From: Auanema rhodensis
Lineage: Eukaryota; Animalia; Nematoda
Length of the DNA stretch: 64,000 bases
Assembly (NCBI GenBank): GCA_964057225.1
Contig: OZ059897.1
Coordinates: 13,826,001 to 13,890,000 of the forward strand
Direction: 5' to 3'
A program made the position numbers and the translations under genes. Positions 11,275 to 27,100 of this stretch are shown in pieces (the stretch's first letter is position 1; every line of letters starts with the position of its first letter). The notes beneath the pieces are model-generated. The model was not told the origin of the DNA. It searched no databases and saw only the letters and a program-made list of their open reading frames with translations.

Positions 11275-14200
11275 TCTGAAAATAATTTCCGGTATGCGTA
11301 ATATCATTGAACAAGAAAAATAAATGGAAAGATAAGTAAGATAGGAAACAAAACAAAATTTAAATGGAAGGTAATTCTATTGTTGACAGAGAAAGTCGTG
11401 TATGGTAATGTGGTCGAGGACGGAAGCAGAGAAAGCAATGAAGTATTCGACTAAGCCGGTAGAAAACCGTCACCATACATCTGTCAGAGCTGCTTTCGGC
11501 TTCGAACTGAGTAGGAATACAAGATTATGACACAGGGGAAGATGGTTAAGCGGATTACAGTAACAATAGACAATCTGCCAAGCATACGAGATCTCATTTT
11601 GCTTTTCATAGAGATCATAGATGATTACATGGAGAATCAAAAAAAGTAAAAAGAAACATTCAGTTAGTCAAGTGAGAATGAAACATAGAATAAGATATAC
11701 AAGACAATATTAAGGTGTGAAAAAAGAAAAAAGTGAGTGATGATAGATGCAACCGCTTTTGAATCTCCGAAAAAATAAAATGGATTCATATGATTTGCCT
11801 TTTAATCCCACAAGATTTATATACTTGTAATTCATAGGATATAATAAAAAATGTTGAATAAATACAAAAACTACTAAACAAAAACGTTTAAGATTTCATA
11901 TGATGCTATACAGCATTATGTGCTGTCGGCTCATCATATGAACTGTGGGTGTTGACGCCCCTTCATCATTTGGAGGAGGGCTGTGTATGTATGTTTTTCG
12001 TCGATTATTATGAAACAAAGGGAAAGGGATCATGATCCTTGATCATAACTCGGTATCGTTAATGTAACGTTGATGAGCGAAGAAGAAGGAGAAGAGATGC
12101 TGAACGGACAGAATGTATCGATGACGCTAGGACGTCAACATAGATGTGAATGATACGACGACCTTGCCAATGGGAACAATCGTGTTAGACCATATTCAGC
12201 TGCTTCTTTCTCCTTGTTTTTTCGAGAAAACCAGTCAAAATCGTAAAAGAGAAATCGCCAATGAAATGTTAAAACATCTAAGTTATCTCGAGATGATGTG
12301 GAATGGTACCGAGCAAAACGGCCAAGGTCTTGCCAGCTTCACAACTATTTTTGTAAATCATACCGAATACTTTTTTGAAAAAATAATCGGATTAAAAGTA
12401 GAAGCTTGTACATCTGCATCATCATTTTCTTTGAATGACCGAGAAAAAAATCGAAAATTTAAGATTCTACATACAAGTTCTACCTGTTTAATTCGCACAG
12501 AAGAAACATTTGTATTGGGGAGAATTGAGTGCAAAAGATGTACGATAAAACTGTTTCTTTGACATTTTAATTGAAAATTGACAAAAGTAACATAACAATA
12601 GAACATACATAAATTAATTTAAATAGTCGAATGAATAGCTTTATCAAGTTCAGCAAAAAAGTTTAATTGCTATTGATAGTGGTCATTATGTGGATTTAAA
12701 TGATAGAATAAAGGAAGGAAATGTTGAAGAAACACAGATGATGTGATAAGTTCATCATGTAGTTTCTATACTAAAAGCGTTTACAAATCATAACCATTCC
12801 GCTGAGAAAAAAAAAAAAAGGAATGGAGTTATCGAAAAAGCAGTATGAAATTGAACAGATAAGACGAATTAGTTGTCCAATTAAAGTAGTTATAAAAGTA
12901 AAATTAAACAAAGTAACTCACTTTATGAACTGAATGCAAAGAATGGCAAGAATTTTGATGCTGATTATGATGATTACTAGAAAACTGAGGACAATGAAGT
13001 GAATGATGACGGCGATGAATCGCTCAATTGGACAAGGCATCTCATGAAACTCGACCTCGCCTTTTTTGTATTTGAATGTGCTTACTAACGGAAACAAGTA
13101 ACATTTGAAGACAAAATGAATGAAAGATTAGTTTTGTTGCTGAAATTGTCCAAAAATAGAAAGTAATGTGGTGTGATGAAGAGAAAAGGAACAGAACGAA
13201 CGGCAAAGTATTCAAGAGAATTATGGTCAATATGCTTCAGATGGCGCTAGTCAAGTTCAGACGGCTGAGTTTATGAGAGAAGTTTCTAAAAAAAGTTTTT
13301 TTGAACTATAAGTAGTCTGTTCTTGAAAATAAAGAATAACTATTTCAAGACCAGAAATTGAAAACTCGTGGTTTAAGATAGAAGAGAAGGAAAGTGGAGA
13401 AATGTCCTACTATGCGTACAAGGTAATCCTTCCTTTCTGTTAGAAATGCTATTCAAAAGTGGTATTGAAGACTATAGTTTCTATAAGAAATATAAATTGA
13501 CGTTGTAAGTCAAGAAAATTGAAACGATTTTAGCTAGGTCATTTGAACACATGAAGGGCTACTATATTAGAATAGCCATACAAGGCAAAATCAAAATCGG
13601 ATGAGGATTGAGAGTGGTGTAGACCTTTATGTTGATTTGAAACACGTGTTGAAGACTAAAAGACAACTGTTTGTTGGAAACGATGAAAAGGACAAGGAGA
13701 TATAGAAATGACATAAAAATTGTTGAAGTGAGTCTGAGAGATATTGTTCTTTTGGCTTGAACTGGTCTACTACTGTCGGCTTTGGTGACCGAATAGTCTG
13801 ATAATCGCCTTGACCATTCCAGGCTTTTGAGACAATTTATGAAAGTTTGTTTATATAATTAATAAAAATTAGTGAATATATGTTCTGTGAAAGTTGTTGT
13901 ACTTTGACAGAAGAACAAGAAATGTAAATGGAGTATGAGCATATGTATTCACTTATTCTCTATAAATGTCTCAGAATTATGGACCAAGGTCAATTTTGAG
14001 AATTATTGAATACACAATAAGTAATGAACTTATGCAGAAAATGAGTTCAAAGAAGAAATTAAGAACATGAAATTTAAATCCTTTGACAGTTTCTGAATAA
14101 TTTGAAACTATACATGTTTGTGGTTCGAGGAAGTAGATGGAGTGCACAATAACTTAAGAAATTTTGAAAGAAAAAAACGAATTCACAGTTCCTCATAAAC

Positions 14201-15610
14201 GTGACAGGTATTGGCAGTGCTATGAAGTTTACAATATGAATGGCAACACATACAGACAGTAACTGTCGCTAAAATCTCGAATATGAAGAATGACTTCTTG
14301 AAAAAGCATATTTGTGATCAACGAATACTGAGTCTGGCGGTTTGATGTCAGATAGAATCTAAGGACATCCAATGACGACGATAATACCCAGTTAAAACGC
14401 CCCAGGGGTTATTTGTTTCAACTGCTATAGTCGATGAGGTGAATGATAGAGAAACCATTACATAGCTCGATAGGAAATGACAGAAGGACATGTTATGTAA
14501 AGGAAGTCTAAATGCTTTAAACTTCCTCAAGCTCTTCCTAGTATTCTTACTTTCTATCTCTGTTTCTCTTTCTCATTCTTAACGTCGTCGAAGTTTCACT
14601 GGCCTCTATTTTTCATTTTTAATGTCTTGAACACTCCTAATCTAACGCAATCTTTCATGCAAATATTTCGAGAAACATGCATGGAGGTTAAGAAGATCAT
14701 AAAGGTGTTGATGATGATCGTCATCATCATTGAAAAAATGAGAGAAAACCTGAGAGAAATATATGTATGTATGCATAAGTCATGGTCATATAAGGAAACA
14801 ACGTTATCTGATACATAAAACATGAAATGTTTGAATTTGATTTGACGAAAAGCTGACATATAAGCGAGAAAGATGTAAGCTAAAGACTTTGAAATTTCAT
14901 GATTTTTGGTGTCGATAAGACTATTCTTGAACTTATTTAACCTTTAGCTAAACTTGATCAAGAGTGAAAGCATGGCATATAATAAAAATAATAATAAATT
15001 TAAATGTTTAAATTATTTATTATACCATATACATATATATTGGAAATTACAATTTGATTTCTTTGAATATATTTCTTCTGTTAACTATTAAAAATGATAA
15101 AAAGAATGTTATTATGTTTAATATAATTTAAAATATCAAAGATTAATAAATCTAAACGATAAACTATAATATTTGTAAAAAAAAATTCAGAAAAATCATT
15201 TTCGTAATATCATGCATTGTTGATGTTTCTTTTGACATATCCAACGTGATCTCATAATTCAGTAAAATATTTTCACACAAGTTTCTTATCGCTACTTCAG
15301 ATTGAAAATATTGTGTGGGAGTAGCACAAATATTTTTTAGATTGTAAAGTTAAACAATCGAAAAAAAGAAATTATATAATCTTTTTGAACCATATTTTTT
15401 GAAAGAAATATATATAATATCATAGATTTATATACAAATTTTTGAATTTTAGAGGGATTTAAATAAAAATCTTTTAGTGAAGTTCAAGATTTTCTTTTGA
15501 AAGCTGAAGAAACATATTATTTCATGGTATTAATGCATCTGAAAATGTAAAGAATTTAAACAGATAATTCATAACATACTGTGTTATATAACATATAGTA
15601 TAGTTAACAT

Positions 15611-15644
<34 letters not shown>

Positions 15645-18600
15645 TTAATTAATTCTAATTAAAGTTGAAATTATGGTGAGTACTACCATGCTTCATTAAA
15701 GATAGGATTTGTGTTCCACACCGGTCTTTGAGATTAAACATTTATTTTGATCCAATGACCAATGCTTTTCTAATTATATCACGATAATCTAATATAGAAA
15801 AGGTAGAAGAAATTCATTTTTCTTTTACCGAATCTTTCATAACTTCAGAAATATCTTTTCTAAGAAAACCACAAGAAAAGAATCTAAATTTTCTTATTTG
15901 GTTATTGATCATTAATGGAATGATTCATTGATTATCATAACATCCATTATTCTTTATCTTTTAAAGATTATCCCTTCAAATACAAAATTCAAAAACATGC
16001 TTGATGTTCAAGTTTCATTTATCTAAAGCTGTTTGCAATATTTCTCCAATTAATTTTTTTTTTCAAAATTTTTTCTCATTTTACGGACATAATTAATCCT
16101 GTTGTATTGAAGATATAGCTTGTATTTAGTGTGAAATAAAAAGCAATTCATGCAACCACTGATAGCTGAAAGTGAAATCAATGTATGCTGAAATCTATCC
16201 ATCATTTTCAAAAAATTTGCATCTTTTATTAAAATTTTCAGATTTAGATAGAACATATAAGGAATTCACATACGAAACTATCACTTTCCGCAATCCTGTT
16301 TAATTAATATTTTTATGTTGAAAAACCGTTTGTTCTATCTGGAACGAGAGTAAATACATTTTTTCAAAAGTTTCATTGCCCATTACGTCATCAAGTTGCA
16401 CTTCATTAATTGATAATTACTGTAAATTTCAAAGATACATCTGAAAAAATGTTTTTTCTTGATCGAATCGTTTCTCTCAATGTCTTTCGAAGTTTATTTA
16501 TCTATATTATAATTATGTATATAGTTATTCTTTACTATATGTATAATTGAATTGACTTCTTGTATCTATTTATCATTATCGTAATAACTAAACTATCAAT
16601 CTAATAACTATAATGAATACTATATATCTGTGGCATGTGAGATATCACTTTCCATATCTCATCTCGAGTGTTAAGTGCTTTACTAACTCGTTTTTTGGTT
16701 TTTGTCATATCTTCGTCTTCAACCCTCCCACCACTCTCTTTCTCATTCTCTCTCCTACTTTACCTCTTTATGTCTTCATCTCTCTATCTTTTTCGTACTT
16801 TCTCTCTCATCCTCTCTTTCTCTCTGTTAGTCCTTTTAGTCAATGAATGTTCTCTACTACTATCATATTCACTATAACTAAATCCTTCTCGGCTTACTTG
16901 AATTCTACTTTCTTTATCTTCTCTCATTACTTTTATAATTATTACTAGTTTTTTCTTTATTTAAATATATTAACTAAGAAAAAAAGTTTTTTTATTGAAT
17001 ATTCTCATATGTATCCTATTAAGCCATATATATCTTCTTTTTCCTTTCAAGCTTTTTGTCTTTTCTCTTTTCATCCTTTTCATAATCTATTTTCCTTATT
17101 AATATACTTCAATGAATTATAAATTTTCTAGACAGAATATCCTCTGCTTTCAATTTCATATTATCTTCATGCATATTTCATTCAATCAAACTATCTTATT
17201 ATAGTTTTAATACTATAATACAATATGAAATTGATATTTATTTAGAATTTTTAACCCCTTTACCAATATGGTTCATACCATCAAATTTCTCAACAATTTC
17301 GTTTTACTGTGTTCATATGGTCTTCGTCATTCCCCAGCTGTTGACCTTTTGCTTTTCATATTTATCATTGAAGCATTAGCTTGAAATAGTTATTTTAATA
17401 AAGAAAAATGAAAAAAAAAGACAAAAACTAATTGTAATTTTTCCTAAAACTGTGTGTTAGTGAATGATATGGAACAAGATTTTATCATTAACACTGTCGG
17501 CAACAGCATCCTGCCTTACATATTGATAAAGAGAAAAAGAAAAAAAGATGAAGACGAGGCTGATGATGATAGAGTCAGATGTCCGCTGTACAAGACTTAG
17601 ACGCAATCAAGATGCCATACGCTATACTAGCTTGCCACAGGACATTCTAAGCATGAGCCATATTTTCTCGGCTAAACTTAGTTTTGAAAGTAAAAATTAG
17701 TTTAATGAATTGTAATGCAGGTATCACCAACAGTTTCAACAGCATACATCTTGTTGTTACAAAAGCCGGTCAATCATCGGCTTTTTCTTTGTTTCAGCTT
17801 CTTTCATTGAAATCACTGCATGATACCTAAGTCATCTCTTTATTCTTTCTATTCTTTTTTTGTGTTTTATTTCCTCATTCATCCAATCTGCAGCTATCAC
17901 CAATGAAATATGTGTATGTAGATGTGTGTGAATCTGTGAAATTGATCTCTGACATCAGTTAATAGTTTTTCTTCTGTCAACATCATTTCTTATTAGTCAC
18001 TCATGTTAACAAATTTATATAATATTATATTTGAAAATTGGAATTTGACAAAGAACTTTTATCGTTCTTCTGTTCAAGAAGTTTTTTTCCCCCGAACTTT
18101 ACCTAAAATAGAAACACATCGTGAATGATAAGATTCAGATAGGATATATTTGAAACTGAACTAAGAACATAGTTTAATCACCAGCTTTAAGGGTAGTTTG
18201 AAATTGATGATGATGACGTCGAAGAAGTTGCCAGTAAGCCGACCTTTATCATTGAGAGATTGGCTGATAAATTAAAATAAGAAATACATAGAATGTATGT
18301 ACAAGTGAGAGACAAAACTATAAAGAAAAGAGAGAGAAGGTAGCAGTTTCTTGAGGACAGTTACATCAGTTTTTTCCCCTCAGATGATATGATGATGTTC
18401 CACTTTAGCCTTCAATCTCGGGCATCATGAACGCACCTGTTGGCGGTTCCAATCCCGTTTCCTCCCTAGTTCTCTCTCCTTACATTATCTTCAATTTTCT
18501 GTTTTTTCCAGACTGCCCTTTGCAATATATGAAAGAAAACAAAACAACAAATTACATGAAAACCTTGATATATCGTTTCCTATTCGAAAAAATGATCTGA

Positions 18601-20907
18601 AAATTACAACTTTCAGGTTGAAAACTCTTAGTCTTACACATTCATACAAACCTAAAAAAATTCCTGAAATTCTTGATTTCAAATCAGATGTACTGTCGAT
18701 CAGTAATCTATTAGAAGTTGTGAAATACATGGTTGAAAAACAACTATCTTCCCGATTACCTGTCAGTTTCTGATGATGCTGCAATCGATGATAATGGTTG
18801 TGATTGCTGATGATGAAGACGTTGGCTAAGATGACAGTGATGTTAAAACATCGCTTTGCAGCTTATTTGATCATTATGTTCAACTTAGACTTAAGATAGT
18901 CAATTTGTCTCGTGCTGAATGACCTCTGTTGCCTTGGTCGTTTCTGATAAATTGTGACGACGTCAAGCATATTGCTATTGAAGACGATAGAAAATGATTA
19001 CGATGACGTCTCTCTTCTACCTATCAGATTGTGTCTAACGAGGACGGGATAGTCTTTAATCGTGCCGTCATAGGTGAAGTTGACTTGCCAGGTTGTAAAA
19101 CAATAGATTACCATAAAAGGTAGTAAAGCCAAATGAAAAGCAGGAAATTCTTGCTGAATGCCAAGATGAAGCAAACGCGAACAAGACTATTAGTATGTGA
19201 TGAGAAAATAAACTACAAAACATGTTGAAATAATAGAGAGAAACTAAGAAACATTCTAGAATAGATGTGAATCAGGTGGTTGTACTTTCTGATATAACAA
19301 GTTATTCACTAGTAATATGTAGATATAAATATCTTTATATTATTCAATAATAGAATTGAAAAAAAAAGAAAATAATAATTAATTATTTTGATTAAGTAAT
19401 TGTACTATGACTGTTCTATTTTAAAAATTCCATAATCATACATACATATCTCACTAAGCATATTCAGATTCAAAAATATGTCTACTCTGTGTACAGTATG
19501 ATATAGTGATTTTTGATTCTTATTCTTGTTATCTATGCTATCTATGTGATAATTTGTAAGAATCTAATATACTATTTATATGAAATGAGTATGAAAATAG
19601 ATTTATAAAATTAAATTTGGAATAATTTAATTTTAGTACTTCTCTAATTCATTTTCTAATTTTGATCTTTAAGTTCAATGAAATTGAACTACCATTAGAT
19701 GTTTCATCAAAATAGTTGAAAATCATTCATTCTTCATCAAATTTAGACTCGATGATGTGCAACAGTACTATCATATCGTACTTGTTACTTGTTTTCTGTG
19801 TCTACTACGAAGAAAACATGTGAGTGTCATAATTGAAATGCGGAAGCACTATTTCTATAAATTTGTTGTTTTTATTTTTAAAATTGAAATTGGAATAAAA
19901 TAAATTAAAGAAATAAAAAAAAGAAAAATAAATGTAATATAAATACAATATTTATTTTGTTCCTAAATATATAAAATTTTTATTATGAAAATAAACTTCT
20001 AAAGCATTCTCAAATTTAAAGTTTTACTTAGTATATTGACTTTTTATTTGAAAGAAATTTTACAAGAAATATATTTATTTTGTGTTTTCAATCAAATTTA
20101 TTTCTGACAAATATGAAATTATATATTATATGTTTGTTATTATTATACTTATATCTTCATTACTTTTGTAGATCACTATAACTTTGAAATATGATAATTT
20201 CATGTCATTCTTGCCCTTGAAATTTTGGGGTTAATGTTTTTCGATTTTATTCTTTATTTCCGCCACTTTTTTCCTTTTTTTAAACAGTTTTAAATGAAAA
20301 TTGCGATCAGTTACGAACACCTCATCTCTTAATTGAAAAACAAGAGAAAATAATCCAATAAAAAACCGATAAAATATCAAAAAACTAACGATGTTTGGTT
20401 TATTGAAAAAATTTCTCATCTGACCCATTATAATCTTATGAACAGATGTATTTCTTGGCTTTTTTTGTTTTCAAATCATTTAGCCTACAACAATGAACAT
20501 CAAACATGGCATTTATCATTCAATTGTTGCACTTACATCATAATTTCTATTTTTTCTGTATTTACCTTCATGCCTTTTTGTTTTTCTTACATTGAAGTTG
20601 CCGAACTTCATCGAAAAACACTCTTGTTCTAAGATTTTCAGGCTGAATCAGCTTTTTGTCCCATCTTCATTGGTATTATTCGAAATTGTCACGTTCAAGA
20701 ATACCAACAAAGCAAATTTCCAAATCAGAGGCACCTTGTCAACCCCAGGAGGAACTTCGAGAACGTGATCAAGTGAGGTCGAGAACCAGAAGAAACAGCT
20801 CAGTCCTACAAGTGGGAGGGACAAGGCTGAAGCACTGATTTTGGAGGAGACGTTGACAAAAGAAGCAAAGAGAAGAAGGGTGGGGGCAATACCAGAGGCG
20901 AACAGTG

Positions 20908-20930
20908 GCCACGCCCCTTTTTTGGTATAG
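20908..20930 (+). promoter_or_regulatory. KLF/SP box and TATA-like element, candidate core promoter of the + strand peroxidase
   Basis: GCCACGCCCC at 20908-20917 and TATAG at 20926-20930. A strong donor GA|GTAAGT follows at 21050 and a tttcag acceptor at 21115, before the ATG at 21190. Confidence 0.4.
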
Positions 20931-21189
20931 AACACGACGTGGCGACTACATAGCCAACCTTCAGCAGACGACACCGACGACGTTGACGTCCGCAACTCGG
21001 TATCATTTGCCTCATAAGCAGGAGAAGCCGCCAACTTATTAAATTTTGAGTAAGTAGCACTTAAGGGACTGAATCATCGAATTAGATTATACAGTTCACG
21101 ACGTGTATGTTTCAGTAATACATCCTATTCAGAAGTGCCGATAGTGTTAGAAGCTCATATAAATTCGCCAAAAAAAAGATAGACTGTCG

Positions 21190-24100
21190 ATGATGTTGCT
21201 ACTAAGCCTAATATTCACTATATTCTTAAATTTGATTGCAGGTGAGTAACAACTTCTTCAAAATATTTGATTTATTCATCTGTTCATCTACATAATTTCT
21301 TCAATAATTCTCATACAAAAGAGCTACTTATCATTTTTCTGTTATATTCCATGTTCTTTCTGTATTACCTAAAGATTTTTGGTGTAAAATATTCGAATTT
21401 AAAAAAAAAATCTGCTCTATTTAAATTTTTTTTCAACTTCTGAAACTGCTTTCTTTTCTAAGATTTGCCTTATCTTCTGTTCATAATTCTTAACCATGTA
21501 CACTAGTTCTCAGACCCTACCATGCTTTCGATTTTTTCGTTCATCACTTTAATAGGCTTATTACTACCAGCCTAACATGATGAACATTTCAAGAAAGGAA
21601 GTGAAAGGAAACTGTAAATCTTGCTGCCATGCTGTATTTCACAAAGATAGGTAGGGAGACCTGCAGATCACATTGATTAATATCTGTCGAGATTTATTTC
21701 AAGTGCTACAGATTCAAGTAGGCATTGAAGCAGTTATTACGCAGTGTGTTGATCCGAAAAATCTTTTTTCTCTTGTATAATATGATATAACTCCACCCTG
21801 TGCCCTTAAATGAGAAATCATTTTCATCTTGACAGTTCCCGCCTATATCACTGCTTCCTGTCTAGTCTATATCGTCTTCATGTATCTTTTGCTGGATGTT
21901 AGCACATGAAACGCCTAAACGAATACTTGCTACGGGGACTTCGTTGTCGATATGCTATGGTTGACTATGGCTGAAAAGATGAAATAGATGAAGCTTCAAC
22001 TTCTATCGTTTTCCTTCTTCCTCTGAGTCCCTCTAACAGATTATTCTCTCAATCCACAGTCTCTTTCTCATAGCATCTGATCTGAAAGTCTTCTTCACCC
22101 ACCGACGGTAATAGCAGCTAGGGCTAGTCCATTTTGACGTGAGAACGGTGGTCGAAATATCTCCCCCTATATGGGACAAAGTCGATTTTGAATATAAGCC
22201 ATGCAAGTCTTGTCTTGGGATTTCGCACCGGTCTTCATGCTTCCAACTGCCAATAGAAAGGTTGAAAAACAACATATACATTACAGAAGGTAATTATGAG
22301 TAATAATAACGAACACAATGCGATGATTCAAGCTTTGTCTTATTCTCTTTTGAATTTTCGTTTTTTGGCATCTACAACAGCATATGTACTTCATTAATTG
22401 GAATGATGTTGACCTTACAGTCGAACTGGTTGTAAAGGTTCATTCACCTTCTCAGAGAATTCAAATTACTTTCTTTCTCACCCTCTTTCTATCTCTCTTC
22501 CATTTTCAAGATCTACCACTTGTTCTTATCTTTTTCTCCGTTTTCATGTGTTTGTCTGGCAGGACCTATGCGATGAAATACCAAATATAAGCCATACGTT
22601 TTCGGTTTTCTTGTTTTCTTTCGTAAGGAAGGCAAGATACGTGTCTCTGGCAATTAACCTATATTACTACAGTAAAAATGGTTTCATATCATCAATTTGT
22701 CATATTTTCACATAGTTATATTAACTATAGGGTATAAGATATATTCGTTTTGTTTCTGAGAGATGAAAGTTTTAATAAAAATGACCTGTTTGGTAGTTCT
22801 TTCATCATCTCCGGATATTCCATCCATTTACGTTGGTTTATCCTAACTTCAAATTAACATTTTCTTTATTTTAAGAAAATACTAGTTAATAAAAGCCAGA
22901 AACCTAATGAATAAGAGAAAAGGGTTTAGATTTTACGTTTTCTCTACAAATTTCTTAGATGTTGTCTTCAGAATCCGTGGGCGTTTTTTTTCCTCAAGGA
23001 AGCTGCAAATAAAAAAAAAACGAAAACTGAGAGTTTCAGTTAGAAAGATCAGTGATAATTTCTTTTTTTACAAAAAAATGTTGATTTTGACGGTCATATC
23101 ATCAGACTACCTTCACATGGCAGCTTTGACTTTTCAGAAAAAATCGTTGAAGACTGAATGTAATCGATCCTATCACATCTTGAAGTTATAAGAGTTTGCT
23201 AATTCTTATAAGTGATATGAATCTCAATTTGTCAAGAGCCTCATAATTACTTTGAAAAGTGAAATTTATGTTTTTTAAAATAAATTTCATATTTGATTCT
23301 GAAAGAAGTTTGCTCAATTACAAGAATTTGAAATCCAAGTTTGAAGTTAATTATATAAAAAAATAGTATCAAAACTTATAAGTAATATAATTTGCTAAAT
23401 AGATTACTATTTGAAGAAATACCTGTTTTATTAAAAAAACTGTGAAAAGCAGCTGTAACTACTACCAATTCTTGATTGAGAATGTCAAAATCTCGTCTTA
23501 ACAACAGAAAATTTACGCTGTAATCTACATATCATTCTTCGTCGTTTTTCTTTTCTTTTTTTTTGGTACAAAACACATACTCGAATATCAAGAAAATCTA
23601 AGAATCTATTAACTGTTTTTTGATGTTTCTAAACAAGCTTGGATAGTATTATATAAATATATTTATATTTATATATATATATATATATATATAGCTTACT
23701 TCACGAGAACAAAGAATCGCAGCCACCTTGTTTCCTTGTCTCCAACAACCCCTCCCCCCCTTTCCCCCACCACTTTCTACCACCACCACCCCCAAAAACC
23801 ATGCTGCAACATGAGATTTAAACTTTAAACTATCAGTGTCGAAACAAACAATCTGAAACTTCATACTTGATTAACTTCAACTGTAAGAAAAAAAATTTTT
23901 TTTTCTATTTTATACTTATGGATTAAAAAGACAAAATAGTTCATTTGTGTCCCATCTACATAACATTTTAAAGCAATTAGTTTAATAATTGATTTGAAAC
24001 ATTTTTATATTCAATTTATCAAATACAGTTTCATCACGACATTATCTGAACATTCTTTTTTAAATTTTTTTTTCAAAAACGAAGAATTTCATTCAATGAA

Positions 24101-27100
24101 AAAAGTACAAAAAAAGCAATATGTTGATGATATTTTGTGTTTCGGCTATTGATGATATGTTTGTTAGTGTCTGTTATGTGTGACAGATTTTTGAAGCTAT
24201 ATTAACTGGTTTGAAACGTTCGACAACGACATCATTCGTTCAGCTTTTCTCCTTCTTCTTCTTCTTCTGCTTCTTCTTCTTCGTCTTCTTCTGCTTCTTC
24301 TTCTTCATCTTCATCTTCTTCTTTTCCTTATTGAAATGTAATGATCACGCTTTGTCATCGTCGTCATCAGCCACGACGTTGATGATGCCTATCTGATTAA
24401 CTGTGGCTACATATGTATGGTTCCATGAGAAGCTTTCATGTCCTCTATTCTTGTCTTGTTTATAGTCCAAGAAATTGAGCGATGAAATGACTCATAGAAA
24501 TTGCTCACCAAGAGACAGGTACTGGAAAGTTATGTAGATGATGAAGATGATCCTGATGATGAATTTCAACTATCATCTATCGTTGTTGGTGATCATTGAC
24601 TTTTCTTCCTGTTTTTCTTTTGTGCTTTTCATTCGAGAAAACCCACGTCATTTGATTTATTCATCATACATGGTTACTTAAGAAGTTGTATCTAAAATGA
24701 TATCATAAAAGAAAAAAAGAGAAATAAATGAAGGGGAGGGGGGGGGGAGGGAATGAGAAAGACAGGAATTAAGAAATTCGAGTAAAGCCTACTTTCTATG
24801 TCAAGATACATGTGAGATGTTCACTTTTGACTTCAATTCAAACGAATGTTTTGCTAATCATCCAGAGAGGCTGGAAAACGATGAGAGAGAGAGGCTAAGA
24901 CCGGCAAGATACAAGGTTGTAAGACCTGGATCTAGTCCTTTAGCCCTCCCTAGACCGTGATGACAAGGGGAAAAGAATAAGATGAAGACCTATGAGGAAA
25001 CACGTAGTTTTGTAAATAAAATCGTTGAAAAGATGGATTAGGTATGGATTATTCGGCTAGTTTCTTATTCAAATATAAAAGTTTCTTTTTAATTTTAGTC
25101 AAAAACTTTTTTTTAATAAAGACGATAGTAATTTACATTGGTAATCTGTGTGAATTGCGTGTGCCGATGAAGGATGGATTGGATGTAAAGTCAACTATAG
25201 ATAGATACAACTGAAACTTTCAAACATTCAATTCATCATGTAGATATAGACATACGGTTCTTTATATTTCTTTAAATGAAAATAGATTTCTCTATAGATT
25301 TCAATTCCTCATTTACTATATGAGAAATAAATTGAAAATCATCAAGCTTAAAGAACAACGATTGGCCAAAACTGATTGAAATGAAAATGAGAAAAACGTT
25401 CAAGTTTTGGATGAATTACGTTGAGACATATACATACAGACATTTATCTTTTTGTCTTGAAAACGAATCGAGTAAAAGAACTGTCAAAACGATTTGTTTT
25501 ATTGCCTCTTTAGTCGATTCTTCGTTTTCTCTAAACTATGAAGAATTATTATATGAATGATGCAATGAATAATTATTAAATTTTTATAAATAAAACAAAA
25601 ATATTTTCAGATGTTCATGCTCAAACTTTGTCACCTCCTGTTACTTCTAAATTCAAATGTTTAACTAATGGATGTTGTGATGAGCACGAATGGTGTCGAT
25701 TTTGGGCATCTATTGGAGAATGTCAGGTAAGATTATTCTTTTAACAATGTAAAATCATAATTTGTATCAAATTATTTATTGATTATACGATAATCATATG
25801 CCAAAATCATTAAATTATTAAAAAAAAACTCGCATTTTCAAGGCTAACGAAGATTGGATGAGCACAAACTGCCAACTTGCTTGTGGTACTTGCAAGGCAC
25901 CTCCCGCTACAGCAGGTGCGTCGACAGCTTTCGTTCCTCTTGCACTTGCACCATACGTTGTCTGCTTTTCACTTTTATATCAATTTATCAGTTCATTCTA
26001 AACAATTTTTTTTTGATTGAGTTAGCTATATGTATAATAATAATAATAATATATATTTTATTTTGAAAAATAACACACCAAGTCCTTTTACTTCTAATCG
26101 CTGGCACATAATCACTTGTTTGTTAAGTTTAATAATCATTTTCATGTATATGGCTCACTATTTTCTTCTCACTTTTATGTTTGTTTTTGGAACAACTTCA
26201 CGAAAAGCAACAATAATCCATAACAACAGAGAGTGTTGAAACTAAAATTTGAATTTCATCTTCAACTATCAAGAGCATAACCTTATTTTGAGAAAGAAGA
26301 AACTACCTATTAACACTTGTTCATTGAAAGCACTTCATATACTGATGCTTAATAGACAATGCCGTTTACAATCTCTGTAACCCTTTCTGGATTGAATTGT
26401 ATGAGTGAAAAGAGACAATTCTCATGAAGAATATGAGAGATTGTTCAGAAATGCCAGCCTCGTTCCGCTTTTCTTCCATTTTCTTTGAAGTATGATGTTT
26501 AGAAGGATGGACACATTACACCTTTTTTCATGTAATTCATAATATTTGAGTAGACTATGAAAAACAATAAGGGCTATCATAAGAAGATGTTGTAAAAATC
26601 ATTAAATGAAAAAGGGAATTGTTTTTAATATTATTAAATAATTATTAAAATAAATGAAAAGTATAATAGCTTATATGAATTAGCTTATATCTATTCAATC
26701 TTGATCTAAAAAAACCAATTGAATCTTGAAATGTTCATTTATTCCTTCTTTCTTTTTGGCTATCCTGTTAAGAGAGGAGAGGGGAGTGAAGAGCAGATGA
26801 TAAAGTATGAGAAATATATAATTGTAGAGAATTCATGTTGATCTGATTGCTCGTTTTGTAATTAATGAATCAAAAACTTGCACTTTCCCAGAATTCAGCA
26901 TTTCGACCATTCACGAACTTGTTATGTAAGGGAGAGGAGAAGGGGAAAGGGGCGAAGGATTATTGTGGATGCTTACAAGCAAAAATTGCAAAAAGTGCAA
27001 TTCGATGTAATCTTCCCAACAGAAGAAGGACATCTTCTTCAACAATCTGATATTCCTTCATCTGCATCATTTCTTGTCCTTGTAGATTCTTGCCAATTTT

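Noticed and set aside
12146-12606. Overlapping 138-aa and 82-aa ORFs in the inter-peroxidase interval
   Set aside because: The 138-aa ORF starts at GTG; no recognisable homology and no consistent splice chain. Compatible with chance.
21202-21211. CTAAGCCTAA resembling a nematode telomere repeat or telomerase template
   Set aside because: It lies in the peroxidase signal-peptide codons, with no telomerase-RNA structure or repeat array.
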